From assembly GCF_001677475.2 (NCBI RefSeq), contig NZ_CP015229.1: DNA of 64,000 bases. One strand, given 5' to 3'. Of this stretch, positions 1 to 11,587 are shown piece after piece. The DNA comes from Escherichia coli (GTDB lineage: Bacteria > Pseudomonadota > Gammaproteobacteria > Enterobacterales > Enterobacteriaceae). The notes beneath the pieces were generated by a model. It saw nothing but the letters and a program-made list of their open reading frames with translations. It did not search any database and was not told the origin of the DNA. The translations under genes were made by a program, and so were the position numbers. Positions within the stretch are counted from its first letter, which is position 1. Every line of letters begins with the position of its first letter.

Positions 1-1175
1 GGCCATCCACCCAGTGCCTCGCCGGCAAGCGCCTGGCCTATGTCGAACCAAACTCCGCAGCAGCGCAATGCACGCTGGATATTTTAAGTGAAACGCCGCT
101 GGAAGTGGTTTATAGCCCAACGTTCTCCGCGCTGCCTCCCGCGCATTACGACATGATGTTGTTAGGCATCGCGGTGACCTTCCGCGAGCCGCTAACAATG
201 CAACATGAGCGATTAGCGAAAGCGGTATCGATGACCGATTTCCTGATGCTGGCACTTCCTTGCCATGCACAAGTCAATGCTGAAAAACTCAAGCAAGATG
301 GTATCGGCGCGTGTCTGCTGAAACCATTAACACCTACGCGCCTGTTACCTGCCCTGACGGAATTTTGTCATCACAAACAAAACACGCTTTTGCCTGTAAC
401 CGATGAAAGTAAGCTGGCAATGACAGTCATGGCGGTTGATGACAACCCCGCTAACCTGAAACTTATCGGCGCATTGCTGGAAGATATGGTGCAACATGTG
501 GAACTTTGCGATAGCGGGCATCAGGCGGTTGAACGGGCGAAACAGATGCCGTTCGATTTGATCTTAATGGATATTCAAATGCCGGACATGGATGGCATCC
601 GGGCCTGCGAGCTCATCCACCAGCTCCCCCATCAGCAACAAACGCCGGTTATCGCGGTAACGGCGCATGCAATGGCCGGGCAAAAAGAGAAGCTGCTTGG
701 CGCAGGGATGAGCGATTATCTGGCGAAACCGATTGAAGAAGAGCGATTGCATAATTTGCTGTTGCGCTACAAGCCTGGCAGCGGCATTTCCTCTCGCGTC
801 GTGACGCCTGAAGTCAACGAAATTGTGGTGAACCCGAATGCAACCCTCGACTGGCAACTGGCACTACGCCAGGCAGCAGGAAAAACCGATTTAGCGCGCG
901 ATATGCTGCAAATGTTACTCGATTTCCTGCCTGAAGTTCGCAACAAAGTTGAGGAACAGCTGGTTGGAGAAAACCCGGAAGGCCTGGTTGATTTGATTCA
1001 TAAACTGCATGGCAGTTGCGGCTATAGCGGTGTGCCGCGTATGAAGAATCTCTGCCAGCTGATCGAACAACAGCTACGTAGCGGTACTAAAGAAGAAGAT
1101 TTGGAGCCGGAGCTGCTGGAACTGTTAGACGAGATGGATAATGTAGCGCGCGAAGCCAGCAAAATTCTCGGGTAA
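1..1175 (+). CDS. barA: Hybrid sensor histidine kinase BarA, C-terminal part (receiver + HPt domains); 5' end lies upstream of window
   Basis: ORF 105..1175 is in frame to the window start; contains receiver-domain motif ([14 protein letters not shown]...[13 protein letters not shown]) and C-terminal HPt-like segment; matches E. coli BarA C-terminus from memory. Confidence 0.9.
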
Positions 1176-1249
1176 TGGACGTCTTGTCGAGTAGCAATCG
1201 GCTTTTTATGACGCTGGTTTCAGATTGGTGACAAAGTGCCTGTGTTTAT

Positions 1250-1283
1250 GCCGGATGCGGCGTTAACGCCTTATCCGGCCTAC
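1250..1283. repeat. REP (repetitive extragenic palindromic) unit
   Basis: gccggatgcggcgttaacgccttatccggcctac matches the E. coli REP consensus. Confidence 0.75.
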
Positions 1284-1370
1284 AAAACCAATTAAATTCA
1301 ATGAATTAAAAAGTATGTTGGCCTGATACGTAGCGCAACAGGCAATTTTGCGTTTGGCATCAGTCTCAAA

Positions 1371-1400
1371 CCGGCTCCTGACAGAGCCGGTTTTGGTTTT
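1371..1400 (+). terminator. Hairpin plus T-run between convergent barA and gudD; likely rho-independent terminator (possibly bidirectional)
   Basis: ccggctc-ctgaca-gagccgg followed by ttttggtttt. Confidence 0.55.
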
Positions 1401-1405
1401 CTGTC

Positions 1406-2746
1406 TTAACGCACCATGCACGGACGCTTGTTATCGAACGTCCAGCCAGGAATCAGATACTGCATTCCCATTGCATCGTCACGCGCGCCAAGCCCGTGTT
1501 TCTGATACAGCTCGTGGGCTTTCATCACCTGATCCATATCGATTTCTACGCCCAATCCTGGTTTTTGCGGCACCTGTACCAGCCCGCCTTTGATCTCAAA
1601 CGGTTCTTTGGTCAGACGCTGATTGCCTTCCTGCCAGATCCAGTGCGTATCAATAGCAGTAATTTTACCCGGTGCAGCAGCGGCTACATGGGTAAACATC
1701 GCCAGGGAAATATCGAAGTGGTTGTTAGAGTGTGAACCCCAGGTCAGGCCAAATTCATGGCACATTTGCGCCACACGTACCGAACCTTGCATCGTCCAGA
1801 AATGCGGATCCGCCAGCGGGATATCAACGGATTGTAACGAGAGCGTATGGCCCATCTGCCGCCAGTCGGTGGCGATCATATTGGTTGCGGTCGGCAGGCC
1901 AGTCGCGCGACGGAACTCAGCCATCACTTCACGCCCGGAGAAACCTTGCTCCGCACCACACGGATCTTCTGCATAAGCCAGCGAACCTTTCAGGTATTTA
2001 CCAATTTTAATCGCTTCGTTCAGCGACCAGGCACCGTTAGGATCGAGCGTAATACGCGCCTGTGGGAAGCGTTGCGCCAGTGCCACAATAGATTCTGCTT
2101 CTTCTTCCCCGGCCAGTACACCGCCCTTCAGTTTGAAATCGTTGAAGCCATATTTTTCATATGCTGCTTCCGCCAGGCGCACCACCGCATCCGGCGTCAT
2201 CGCTTCTTCGTGACGCAGGCGATACCAGTCACATTTATCATCCGGCTGGCTTTGATACGGCAGCGGTGTGGCTTTGCGATTACCGACGAAGAACAGATAA
2301 CCGAGCATTTCGACTTCGCTACGCTGTTGACCATCGCCCAGCAGCGATGCCACGTTAACCCCCAGATGCTGCCCCAGCAGATCCAGCATTGCCGCTTCTA
2401 TCCCGGTAACTACATGAATAGTGGTACGCAAATCAAATGTCTGCAAACCGCGCCCGCCGGCATCACGATCGGCAAATGTATTACGCACCAGCGTCAGAAC
2501 GTTTTTGTATTCACCTAGCGTTTTACCCACCACCAGCGGAATCGCATCTTCCAGCGTTTTACGGATTTTCTCGCCGCCGGGAATTTCCCCTACGCCGGTG
2601 TGACCGGAATTATCTTTGATAATCACAATATTACGCGTGAAGAACGGTGCGTGTGCACCACTCAGATTCATCAGCATACTGTCATGACCCGCCACCGGGA
2701 TGACCTGCATTTCAGTAACAACAGGCGTCGTAAATTGAGAACTCAT
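1406..2746 (-). CDS. gudD: D-glucarate dehydratase (enolase superfamily), 446 aa
   Basis: ORF 1406..2770; protein from [25 protein letters not shown] matches E. coli GudD; start set at internal ATG giving 446 aa. Confidence 0.93.
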   Translation of the reverse strand: MSSQFTTPVVTEMQVIPVAGHDSMLMNLSGAHAPFFTRNIVIIKDNSGHTGVGEIPGGEKIRKTLEDAIPLVVGKTLGEYKNVLTLVRNTFADRDAGGRGLQTFDLRTTIHVVTGIEAAMLDLLGQHLGVNVASLLGDGQQRSEVEMLGYLFFVGNRKATPLPYQSQPDDKCDWYRLRHEEAMTPDAVVRLAEAAYEKYGFNDFKLKGGVLAGEEEAESIVALAQRFPQARITLDPNGAWSLNEAIKIGKYLKGSLAYAEDPCGAEQGFSGREVMAEFRRATGLPTATNMIATDWRQMGHTLSLQSVDIPLADPHFWTMQGSVRVAQMCHEFGLTWGSHSNNHFDISLAMFTHVAAAAPGKITAIDTHWIWQEGNQRLTKEPFEIKGGLVQVPQKPGLGVEIDMDQVMKAHELYQKHGLGARDDAMGMQYLIPGWTFDNKRPCMVR

Positions 2747-2766
2747 GTTTATGTCCTTATTCAGAA

Positions 2767-4107
2767 TCAATGACGGCCGAAAACGGGACGTTTACGGTCA
2801 AAGGTCCAGCCGGGGATCAGGTACTGCATCGGACCTGCGTCGTTACGCGCACCGCCAAGCAGACGTTTATAGGCTTCATGCGCCTTTTGTACCTGCTCCC
2901 AGTCCAGTTCCACGCCCAGACCGGGCGCATCAGGAACGGCAATTTTTCCGTTTTTAATCTCCAGCGGATTTTTGGTCAGGCGACAATCTCCCTCCTGCCA
3001 AATCCAGTGGGTATCGATAGCGGTAGGATTACCCGGTGCCGCCGCACCCACATGGGTAAACATCGCCAGAGAGATATCAAAGTGGTTATTGGAATGGCAG
3101 CCCCAGGTCAGCCCCCAGTCGTCGCAAAGCTGCGCTACGCGGACTGCACCGGAAAGCGTCCAGAAGTGCGGGTCGGCAAGTGGAATATCTACCGCATTGA
3201 GCATCACCGCATGGCCCATTTCGCGCCAGTTGGTGGCGATCATGTTAGTCGCGACGGGCAAGCCGGTCGCCCGTCGAAACTCCGCCATCACTTCACGTCC
3301 GGAGAAACCCTGTTCTGCGCCACATGGATCTTCGGCATAGGTGAGAACATCATTCAGCCCTTTGCACAGATAAATGGCTTCATCAAGCAGCCATGCACCG
3401 TTGGGATCAACGGTAATTCGCGCATCCGGGAAGAGTTTCTTCAATGCACGAACAGTGTCGATTTCTTGCTCGCCAGGTAACACTCCGCCCTTAAGTTTGA
3501 AATCTTTAAAGCCATAGCGATCCTGTGAGGCTTCCGCCAGACGTACAACGGCTTCGCTGTTCATCGCTTTCTGATGCCGCAATTGATACCACTCATGGTT
3601 GCCCGGCGTATTTTCCAGATAAGGAAGATCGGTTTTGGTCCGATCACCGATATAAAACAGATAACCGAGGACGGTAATAGCATCGCGTTGCTTGCCTGGC
3701 CCTAACAGTTCGCAGACCGGAACATTCAGCGCCTTACCTAGCAGGTCAAGCAAGGCGGCTTCCAGCGCCGCCACGGCATTAACGCGCAATTCAAAAGTCC
3801 AGGCACCTTTGCCGAAGGTATCAAAATCGGCTGCCTGATTACCTTTATGCACCTGCTGGACCACTTTATTCAGGCGCGCAACTTCCTGGCCCAGAACCAT
3901 CGGAATAGCATCGACAAGCGTCTGATAAATCACCTCTCCGCCTGGCGCTTCACCAATGCCGGAATGTCCGGCATTATCGGTGAGTACCACGATATTGCGG
4001 GTGAAATATGCGTCATGTGCACCACCAATATTAAGCAACATGCTATCGTGCCCGGCGACCGGAATGACTTTCATATCAGTAATAACAGGACTGGATTGTG
4101 TCGTCAT
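2767..4107 (-). CDS. gudX: Glucarate dehydratase-related protein (GudD paralog), 446 aa
   Basis: ORF 2767..4107; strong similarity to adjacent GudD along whole length (e.g. [38 protein letters not shown] motifs); 4-nt overlap with gudD start. Confidence 0.92.
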   Translation of the reverse strand: MTTQSSPVITDMKVIPVAGHDSMLLNIGGAHDAYFTRNIVVLTDNAGHSGIGEAPGGEVIYQTLVDAIPMVLGQEVARLNKVVQQVHKGNQAADFDTFGKGAWTFELRVNAVAALEAALLDLLGKALNVPVCELLGPGKQRDAITVLGYLFYIGDRTKTDLPYLENTPGNHEWYQLRHQKAMNSEAVVRLAEASQDRYGFKDFKLKGGVLPGEQEIDTVRALKKLFPDARITVDPNGAWLLDEAIYLCKGLNDVLTYAEDPCGAEQGFSGREVMAEFRRATGLPVATNMIATNWREMGHAVMLNAVDIPLADPHFWTLSGAVRVAQLCDDWGLTWGCHSNNHFDISLAMFTHVGAAAPGNPTAIDTHWIWQEGDCRLTKNPLEIKNGKIAVPDAPGLGVELDWEQVQKAHEAYKRLLGGARNDAGPMQYLIPGWTFDRKRPVFGRH

Positions 4108-4108
4108 C

Positions 4109-5461
4109 TTATTGCCCCGCGACAGGTTTCAGCTCGATACGCTTGATATCGCCCACCAGCACCAGGTAGCTCAGTACCGCGATTAAGGCATGAACACCAA
4201 CATAAATCAGCGCCCCATTAAAGGAGCCAGTCGTGCCAACGATATAACCAATTGCGATTGGCGTGACGATGCCAGAAATGTTACCGAACATGTTGAACAG
4301 GCCACCGGAAAGACCGCTGATCTCTTTTGGCGCGGTATCTGCCATTACTGCCCAACCTAGCGCCCCGATGCCCTTACCGAAGAAGGCCAGCGCCATAAAG
4401 CCGATGATCATCCACTCAACATTGACGTAGTTGCAGAACACCATCACCATCGACAGCAACATGCCCATTACGATCGGTGTTTTACGCGCAATGTTCAGCG
4501 ATCCCGTGCGGCGCATCAGCCAGTCGGAAATAATCCCACCCAGCACACCGCCGATAAAACCGCAAACCGCCGGAACGGAAGCCACAAAGCCCGCTTTCAG
4601 AATCGACATCCCACGCGCCTGCACCAGATAAACCGGAAACCAGGTAATGAAAAAGTAAGTCAGGGCGTTGATACAGTACTGACCGATATAAACGCCGATC
4701 ATCATCCGTGACCCGAGCAGCTGTTTGATCTGCCCCCACTTCACGCTGAACGGCACTTTAACTTTGGTATTTTGCTGATCCATATTGATCAGCGCGCCAC
4801 CCGCGGCGATGTACTCCAACTCTTTCTGATTTACACCCGGATGTTGATTTGGCTCGTGGATGACTTTCAACCAGATAAAGCTGATGACAATGCCCAGACC
4901 GCCCATAAAGAAGAAGACGTGTGACCAGCCCACTTCATGCGTCAGCCAGCCCATAATCGGCGCGAAGATCACCGTTGCGAAGTATTGAGCGGAGTTAAAA
5001 ATCGACACCGCCGTTCCCCTTTCCTGCGCCGGAAACCAGGCCGCAACAATGCGACTGTTGCCGGGGAAAGATGGCGCTTCAGCAAGCCCGACCAGGAAGC
5101 GCAGCGTAAACAGGGCAACGATAATGCCGAATCCACTAAAGATATCGACGAAGCCTTGCAGCAAGGTAAACATCGACCAGATAAAGATCGACCAGAAGTA
5201 GACGCGTTTTGAACCAAAACGATCCAGCAACCAGCCACCTGGGATCTGCCCGATAACATAAGCCCATGAGAAGGCAGAGAACACATAGCCCATTCCCACG
5301 GGATCAAGGCCGATATCTTTGGCCATTTCCGAACCGGCAATAGAAAGCGTAGCGCGGTCGCCGTAGTTGAAGGATGTGACGATAAACAACATCACCACTA
5401 TCCAGTAACGAGCATTCGTGCGTTTTTCCACACTGCTCGCAGCCTGACTTAAAGAACTCAT
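4109..5461 (-). CDS. gudP: MFS transporter for D-glucarate/galactarate, 450 aa
   Basis: ORF 4109..5461; hydrophobic multi-TM protein, MFS signature; position upstream of gudXD. Confidence 0.92.
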   Translation of the reverse strand: MSSLSQAASSVEKRTNARYWIVVMLFIVTSFNYGDRATLSIAGSEMAKDIGLDPVGMGYVFSAFSWAYVIGQIPGGWLLDRFGSKRVYFWSIFIWSMFTLLQGFVDIFSGFGIIVALFTLRFLVGLAEAPSFPGNSRIVAAWFPAQERGTAVSIFNSAQYFATVIFAPIMGWLTHEVGWSHVFFFMGGLGIVISFIWLKVIHEPNQHPGVNQKELEYIAAGGALINMDQQNTKVKVPFSVKWGQIKQLLGSRMMIGVYIGQYCINALTYFFITWFPVYLVQARGMSILKAGFVASVPAVCGFIGGVLGGIISDWLMRRTGSLNIARKTPIVMGMLLSMVMVFCNYVNVEWMIIGFMALAFFGKGIGALGWAVMADTAPKEISGLSGGLFNMFGNISGIVTPIAIGYIVGTTGSFNGALIYVGVHALIAVLSYLVLVGDIKRIELKPVAGQ

Positions 5462-5785
5462 TGTTGCACTCCTGAAAATTCGCGTTAGCCACGCTCACTC
5501 TGGACTGCGACATCGCCAGGAAATCAGAGGTGACGTAGGGTGTTTTTGCCGTTTTTATAGGTCGTTCGCCGAATACGGCGCGTGTTTATATCTGGCAATA
5601 GCAGTATAAAAAGCGCGCCATAGCGGCTCACCGTGCAACAACACAACATTAATGCGTTCAATGAGGCCCGATTTTGGCATTAGCCCTGGACGGTGGAATC
5701 CACTTCACGGAAATGAAAACAAGAACAAGAAAGGAAGGGTTAAAACGAAGAAATAAAGAAGAGTATGAAATGGATCGCTTGACTC

Positions 5786-5842
5786 CAGGCAAACGCCAGT
5801 AAAAATCCGCGCTATGAAGCAGTTTTTACTGGCATTTGCCTG
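5786..5842. repeat. Long inverted repeat (20-bp arms, 17-nt loop) in gudP/yqcA intergenic region
   Basis: caggcaaacgccagtaaaaa ... tttttactggcatttgcctg; arms complementary with one mismatch. Confidence 0.7.
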
Positions 5843-5894
5843 AAAAGATTCGATTCAGCATCGCTAAAACGGCATTTACCGCTCGCTGAACGTA

Positions 5895-6344
5895 TCAGGA
5901 CAACAGCGTGCCCCAATGTTCGACCCACGGATTTGATTCCGTTTCCGGTTCCGGGTTCTCACTGGCGTCAATCAACAGCATTTCGCCAACCCGCTGAGCG
6001 CTCTGTTCCTGCAACAATGCATCGAACTGTTTGCCGCCATTGCAGAAATTCACATAACTACTGTCGCCGAGCGCAATCACGCCATAACGCAGATTCGGCT
6101 GGAAGCCCAGACTATCTTTGATTCCCTGAAAGAGCGGCACAATGCTATCAGGAAGGTCGCCCTGCCCGGTCGTGGACGTAACCACCAGAACATACTTATC
6201 CTGATAGGGCAGCCAGTCGCTTAATTCAGGATCTTCAAATACCGTTGCTTTGTGGCCCTGCGCGGTCAGAATTGCTTCCGCTTCTTCCGCCACTAACAGC
6301 GAATTTCCGTACATAGTGCCCACAAAAATACCAATTTCCGCCAT
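5895..6344 (-). CDS. yqcA: Flavodoxin-like protein, 149 aa
   Basis: ORF 5895..6344; flavodoxin FMN-binding signature ([20 protein letters not shown]). Confidence 0.9.
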   Translation of the reverse strand: MAEIGIFVGTMYGNSLLVAEEAEAILTAQGHKATVFEDPELSDWLPYQDKYVLVVTSTTGQGDLPDSIVPLFQGIKDSLGFQPNLRYGVIALGDSSYVNFCNGGKQFDALLQEQSAQRVGEMLLIDASENPEPETESNPWVEHWGTLLS

Positions 6345-6361
6345 ACCGTTTTCTCCCTGGA

Positions 6362-7144
6362 TTAGGAACTTATCTCTCCATCCTGACCCGATGGCGCACT
6401 GAACTCAACCCTTTCATTTTCAGGAAGCAGACCCCGCCAGCCAAATTGTGATAACGCCTGCATCCAGGTGCCGTCCAGGCCCGCGTGAATAGTCAACGGC
6501 TCGCCAGTAAAAGGATGCGTCAATGACAACTGACTGGCATGCAGCATTAACCGCTGAAGGCCAAAATGTTCAGCACCGCTGCGATTCTGGCGTAAATCAC
6601 CATGTTTGCTGTCGCCAATAATCGGGTGGCGCAAATGGGCAAGATGGCGACGGAGCTGGTGCTTGCGTCCGGTTTTCGGCTCCAGTTCCACCAGGCCGTA
6701 GCGCGTGGTCGGATAACGTCCGGTCGCTACCGGCATTTCTACGGTCGCCAGACCGCGATAATGCGTCACTGCTGGCTGTGGGCCTTTATCTTCGCGGGCA
6801 AATTTATCAGCGATTTTGTCCAGTTCTTCCACCAGTGGATAATCCAGAACTGCTTCTTCCATCAACCAGCCGCGCACAATCGCATGGTAACGTTTCTGGA
6901 TTTGGTGCTGTTCAAACTGTTGTGCCAGCAGCCGTCCGGCCTCGCTGGATAATCCCATCAACAACACACCAGAAGTTGGTCGGTCCAGACGATGAGCAGT
7001 AAACACATGCTGGCCTATCTGGTCACGCACGGTTTGCATGACCACTACTTTCTCGTCGCGATCCAGCCAGCTGCGGTGAACCAGCCAGCCGGAGGGTTTA
7101 TTTACCGCAACCAGCCATTCATCCTGATAGAGTATTTCCAGCAT
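6362..7144 (-). CDS. truC: tRNA pseudouridine(65) synthase, 260 aa
   Basis: ORF 6362..7144; RluA-family motif [12 protein letters not shown]. Confidence 0.92.
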   Translation of the reverse strand: MLEILYQDEWLVAVNKPSGWLVHRSWLDRDEKVVVMQTVRDQIGQHVFTAHRLDRPTSGVLLMGLSSEAGRLLAQQFEQHQIQKRYHAIVRGWLMEEAVLDYPLVEELDKIADKFAREDKGPQPAVTHYRGLATVEMPVATGRYPTTRYGLVELEPKTGRKHQLRRHLAHLRHPIIGDSKHGDLRQNRSGAEHFGLQRLMLHASQLSLTHPFTGEPLTIHAGLDGTWMQALSQFGWRGLLPENERVEFSAPSGQDGEISS

Positions 7145-7473
7145 TAGCTCGCATCATCCGCAAAAAGAGCATCCAGTTTTTCCAGCTCAGCCAGAATAAG
7201 CGCGCGTTGCGGGTGGTCCGTCGCCAGCGCCATTTCATAATAGGGAGCAACGGCAAAAGCGCCCGGTAACGGCTGGTTGTTTTCTAACAAATCGTGCATT
7301 CGCGGGATCAGCACCCACTGCAACCACTCCAGTGGTTCCATGGTGTCCATAAAGAACGGTTGGGTACTATTAAATTGATGCGGCTGGGGTTCATCGTTTC
7401 GCCAGTGCTGATGTTCACGCAGTAACGCTTCAAGCGCCTGCAACTGGAGACGAACGCGGTCATGAGTGGTCAT
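7144..7473 (-). CDS. yqcC: DUF446 family protein, 109 aa
   Basis: ORF 7144..7473; 1-nt overlap with truC start; matches E. coli YqcC size and context. Confidence 0.85.
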   Translation of the reverse strand: MTTHDRVRLQLQALEALLREHQHWRNDEPQPHQFNSTQPFFMDTMEPLEWLQWVLIPRMHDLLENNQPLPGAFAVAPYYEMALATDHPQRALILAELEKLDALFADDAS

Positions 7474-7516
7474 AAAGCAACCTCAATAAGAAAAACTGCC
7501 GCGAAGGATAGCAGGA

Positions 7517-7551
7517 ATAAAAAAAGGGAGCACTGTATTCACAGTGCTCCC
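7517..7551 (-). terminator. Rho-independent terminator of csrB
   Basis: Minus-strand hairpin GGGAGCACUGU..ACAGUGCUCCC followed by UUUUUUUAUU. Confidence 0.85.
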
Positions 7552-7884
7552 GGTTCGTTTCGCAGCATTCCAGCTACTTTTGTTGCTCCCTGCTCATCCT
7601 TGACAACTTTTCCTCTGGCCTTGCGGCCAATCGTTCGTCCTGAACTATTGCTTCCTGCTCACACCACCCCGATGTGATACTTCATCCTGAAGTGTCCCTG
7701 GCCTTCCTGACCCACCGAATCATCCTGACCGGTTCTCATTCTCCATCCTGGAGGTGTCCTTTAACGCGTCCTGCGTCATCCTCTTCGCTTCGTCCAGAAG
7801 CCTTTCCCTGAAACACCATCCTGGTGTGTCCTTCAGAAGTGTCATCATCCTGATGTTCACTTCGTTGTCTGACTCCCTGTCGAC
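7517..7884 (-). ncRNA. csrB: CsrB small RNA (CsrA-sequestering), about 368 nt
   Basis: Minus strand begins GTCGACAGGGAGTCAGACAACGAAG and carries about 20 repeated CAGGA(U/A)G / AGGA motifs (seen as catcctg/tcctg on plus strand); ends with hairpin gggagcactgt-gaat-acagtgctccc plus U7. Confidence 0.9.
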
Positions 7885-8057
7885 GAAGATAGAATCGTCT
7901 TTTTCGCGAAGTCTTACAAGGCGCTTACAGACAATGCCTTAAGGAAAATTTCATATGAAAGTTAAGAATTGACAAGCAATATATTGATTTTAAATGAGAA
8001 TAACGATTCTTATCTTTTTAAGTATTCGCTTATTTCCTGGCGATCTCCTACAGAGTC

Positions 8058-8075
8058 TGTAAGAGATCTCTCACA
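8058..8075. promoter_or_regulatory. 18-bp near-perfect inverted repeat upstream of csrB; candidate UvrY response-regulator binding site
   Basis: tgtaagagatctctcaca (half sites tgtaagaga / tgtgagaga), about 175-190 bp upstream of the csrB 5' end. Confidence 0.6.
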
Positions 8076-8094
8076 ACCAGATGGGGTATTTGGA

Positions 8095-8640
8095 TTACAG
8101 AAGAGGCTTAAGTTGATTAAGGAATTCCGCAAGATTTGAGGCTAAATGCGCCCGTTTACGTGTTCCCAGCGTCTCTTTGCACACTTCACCGGAGAGATTA
8201 CACACCGAGATGACCTCTAACTCTTCTTCCAGTGTCGCGATAAATAGCGTGGGCGGCAGTTTTAGCCTTTTCTGAGTCACCAGATGACCAATCTGATTTT
8301 CCTGCACCCGACGGAAGTCGTCTTCACTCCAGGTTTGCAGCAATGTCAGTTTGATATCGCCAAACTGCGCATGCATATCCCCGGCAAACTGAGTCGTATA
8401 AAAGGTATGAATTGTGGGTTGTATCACAATATCAAAAGCGCGTTCAACCGCGTTTACATTTTGTTCCCCGGTAAACGGCTGGGGTTGCCAGTATACGGCG
8501 TCTTCGGTGGTTGAAATAATGCACGGTGAAGGAACGCCGTACAGTTCCTCACTCAACGGCCAGCTTTTATGCTCTTCATGCCACGCATCGCAGTAGCGTG
8601 CAGTAAAATCTGTCAGGGCTTGTGCGGTCAAATCGTCCAC
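8095..8640 (-). CDS. syd: SecY-interacting protein Syd, 181 aa
   Basis: ORF 8095..8640; matches E. coli Syd length/context. Confidence 0.9.
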   Translation of the reverse strand: MDDLTAQALTDFTARYCDAWHEEHKSWPLSEELYGVPSPCIISTTEDAVYWQPQPFTGEQNVNAVERAFDIVIQPTIHTFYTTQFAGDMHAQFGDIKLTLLQTWSEDDFRRVQENQIGHLVTQKRLKLPPTLFIATLEEELEVISVCNLSGEVCKETLGTRKRAHLASNLAEFLNQLKPLL

Positions 8641-8707
8641 TAATTTCTCTCTTCACTTAAACCAGATACACTTGTCGTTTAGTTTATCTGGTTTATGACG
8701 GTGAAAC

Positions 8708-9556
8708 ATGTCTTCTTATGCAAACCATCAGGCACTTGCGGGCCTGACTCTTGGAAAATCAACCGATTACCGGGATACCTATGACGCCAGCCTGCTACAA
8801 GGCGTTCCGCGTAGTCTGAATCGCGATCCGCTGGGTCTGAAAGCGGATAACCTGCCTTTTCACGGTACGGATATCTGGACGCTGTATGAACTTTCCTGGC
8901 TGAATGCGAAAGGTTTGCCGCAGGTCGCCGTCGGTCACGTTGAACTTGATTACACCAGCGCAAATCTGATTGAGTCGAAGAGTTTTAAGCTCTATCTCAA
9001 CAGTTTTAACCAGACGCGTTTCAATAAATGGGATGAGGTGCGCCAGACGCTGGAGCGCGACTTAAGCACTTGCGCCCAAGGTAAGGTTAGCGTGGCGTTA
9101 TATCGTCTTGATGAACTGGAAGGCCAACCGATAGGTCATTTCAATGGCACTTGCATTGATGACCAGGATATCACTATCGATAACTATGAATTCACTACTG
9201 ACTATCTGGAGAATGCCACCAGTGGCGAAAAAGTAGTAGAAGAGACGCTCGTCAGCCACCTGCTGAAATCAAATTGCCTGATCACCCATCAACCAGATTG
9301 GGGATCGATCCAAATTCAGTATCGTGGACGCCAAATTGACAGAGAAAAACTGCTGCGTTACCTGGTTTCTTTCCGTCATCACAACGAGTTCCACGAACAG
9401 TGCGTGGAACGCATCTTTAATGACCTGTTACGCTTCTGCCAGCCAGAGAAATTGAGCGTTTACGCACGTTATACCCGTCGTGGCGGTCTGGACATTAACC
9501 CGTGGCGCAGTAATAGCGATTTTGTCCCATCGACCACAAGACTGGTTCGGCAATAA
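8708..9556 (+). CDS. queF: NADPH-dependent 7-cyano-7-deazaguanine (preQ0) reductase, 282 aa
   Basis: ORF 8708..9556; two-domain QueF (type II) size; matches E. coli QueF N-terminus [13 protein letters not shown]. Confidence 0.92.
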   Translation: MSSYANHQALAGLTLGKSTDYRDTYDASLLQGVPRSLNRDPLGLKADNLPFHGTDIWTLYELSWLNAKGLPQVAVGHVELDYTSANLIESKSFKLYLNSFNQTRFNKWDEVRQTLERDLSTCAQGKVSVALYRLDELEGQPIGHFNGTCIDDQDITIDNYEFTTDYLENATSGEKVVEETLVSHLLKSNCLITHQPDWGSIQIQYRGRQIDREKLLRYLVSFRHHNEFHEQCVERIFNDLLRFCQPEKLSVYARYTRRGGLDINPWRSNSDFVPSTTRLVRQ

Positions 9557-9667
9557 ATTTTTTCTCAATTTTGCGTGCTGGATTCACGCAGAAGGTTGTG
9601 AAAGGTCATCAGGCAGGGCTATTGTAATCAAAGGGAATGACGATATTCGTCCCATAAGGAGTTTTTC

Positions 9668-11032
9668 TTGATTACACATATTAGCCCGCTTGGCTCCATG
9701 GATATGTTGTCGCAGCTGGAAGTGGATATGCTTAAACGCACCGCCAGCAGCGACCTCTATCAACTGTTTCGCAACTGTTCACTTGCCGTACTGAACTCCG
9801 GTAGTTTGACCGATAACAGCAAAGAATTGCTGTCTCGTTTTGAAAATTTCGATATTAACGTCCTGCGCCGTGAACGCGGCGTAAAGCTGGAACTGATTAA
9901 TCCCCCGGAAGAGGCTTTTGTCGATGGGCGAATTATTCGCGCTTTGCAGGCCAACTTGTTCGCGGTTCTGCGTGACATTCTCTTCGTTTACGGGCAAATC
10001 CATAACACCGTTCGTTTTCCCAATCTGAATCTCGACAACTCCGTCCACATCACTAACCTGGTCTTTTCCATCTTGCGTAACGCTCGCGCACTGCATGTCG
10101 GTGAAGCGCCAAATATGGTGGTCTGCTGGGGTGGTCACTCAATTAACGAAAACGAGTATTTGTATGCCCGTCGCGTCGGGAATCAGCTGGGCCTGCGTGA
10201 GCTGAATATCTGCACCGGCTGTGGTCCGGGAGCGATGGAAGCGCCGATGAAAGGTGCTGCGGTCGGACACGCGCAGCAGCGTTACAAAGACAGTCGTTTT
10301 ATTGGTATGACAGAGCCGTCGATTATCGCCGCTGAACCGCCTAACCCGCTGGTCAACGAATTGATCATCATGCCGGATATCGAAAAACGTCTGGAAGCGT
10401 TTGTGCGTATCGCTCACGGTATCATTATCTTCCCTGGCGGTGTGGGTACGGCAGAAGAGTTGCTGTATTTGCTGGGAATTTTAATGAACCCGGCCAACAA
10501 AGATCAGGTTTTACCATTGATCCTCACCGGCCCGAAAGAGAGCGCCGACTACTTCCGCGTACTGGACGAGTTTGTCGTGCATACGCTGGGTGAAAACGCG
10601 CGCCGCCATTACCGCATCATCATTGATGACGCCGCTGAAGTCGCTCGTCAGATGAAAAAATCGATGCCGCTGGTGAAAGAAAATCGCCGCGACACTGGTG
10701 ACGCTTACAGCTTTAACTGGTCAATGCGCATTGCGCCAGATTTGCAAATGCCGTTTGAGCCGTCTCACGAGAACATGGCTAATCTGAAGCTTTACCCGGA
10801 TCAACCTGTTGAAGTGCTGGCTGCCGATCTGCGCCGTGCGTTCTCCGGTATTGTGGCGGGTAACGTAAAAGAAGTCGGTATTCGCGCCATTGAAGAGTTT
10901 GGTCCTTACAAAATCAACGGCGATAAAGAGATTATGCGTCGTATGGACGACCTGCTACAGGGTTTTGTTGCCCAGCATCGTATGAAGTTGCCAGGCTCAG
11001 CCTACATCCCTTGCTACGAAATCTGCACGTAA
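9668..11032 (+). CDS. ppnN: Nucleotide 5'-monophosphate nucleosidase (LOG-family), 454 aa; TTG start
   Basis: ORF 9668..11032 begins with TTG preceded by aaggag RBS; LOG-family PGGxGTxEE motif ([13 protein letters not shown]). Confidence 0.88.
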
Positions 11033-11041
11033 TCTCCCTCC

Positions 11042-11075
11042 CCCGGTGACGTTTGTTGCCGGGTTTTCTCGTTTT
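11042..11075 (+). terminator. Putative terminator downstream of ppnN
   Basis: cccgg..ccggg hairpin followed by ttttctcgttttt. Confidence 0.45.
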
Positions 11076-11587
11076 TGGTCACATACCCATCAATTTATTT
11101 CATTTGTTATATGAATGTTTCTTACCACCATCACGCGATAAATATCATTACAGTTAATATGTCATACAATTTATGTTGTAACGCAAACGTTTTCCTATTT
11201 TCATAAACCACATTTTATCGCTATGAAAAAGAAATTATCGCCATGATTAACTAAAAGTATTGATTTTTTCAGTTCAACCTACATATATTGCGCGCCCCGG
11301 AAGAAGTCAGATGTCGTTTAATGGGCAAATATTGCCCTTAAATTCTCTTTTACTTTTGATTTACAGAGTAAAGCGTTGGGATAATCTATCTTCCAAGTAG
11401 ATTATTGTATTTGGGATCAAGATCACTGATAGATACATAACTTGTGTGTATCTTTCCGCCCTCAAATTATTACGGCGGTAAATGATTAAGCCATCGCCGA
11501 TAGACAGATTTCATTTTTACGGTCAGGCACCTTCCCGGGCTGAACTGGCTAAAAGCTGAATTATTTGCATTCCTCCAGGAGAAATAG

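Noticed and set aside
1847-3480. Plus-strand ORFs of 223 aa and 236 aa inside gudD and gudX
   Set aside because: Antisense shadow ORFs with Arg/Cys-rich composition; the sense-strand genes have clear enolase-superfamily homology.
7462-7942. Two small plus-strand ORFs (71 aa, 62 aa) between yqcC and syd
   Set aside because: They lie within csrB on the opposite strand; their periodicity comes from the CsrA-binding repeats.
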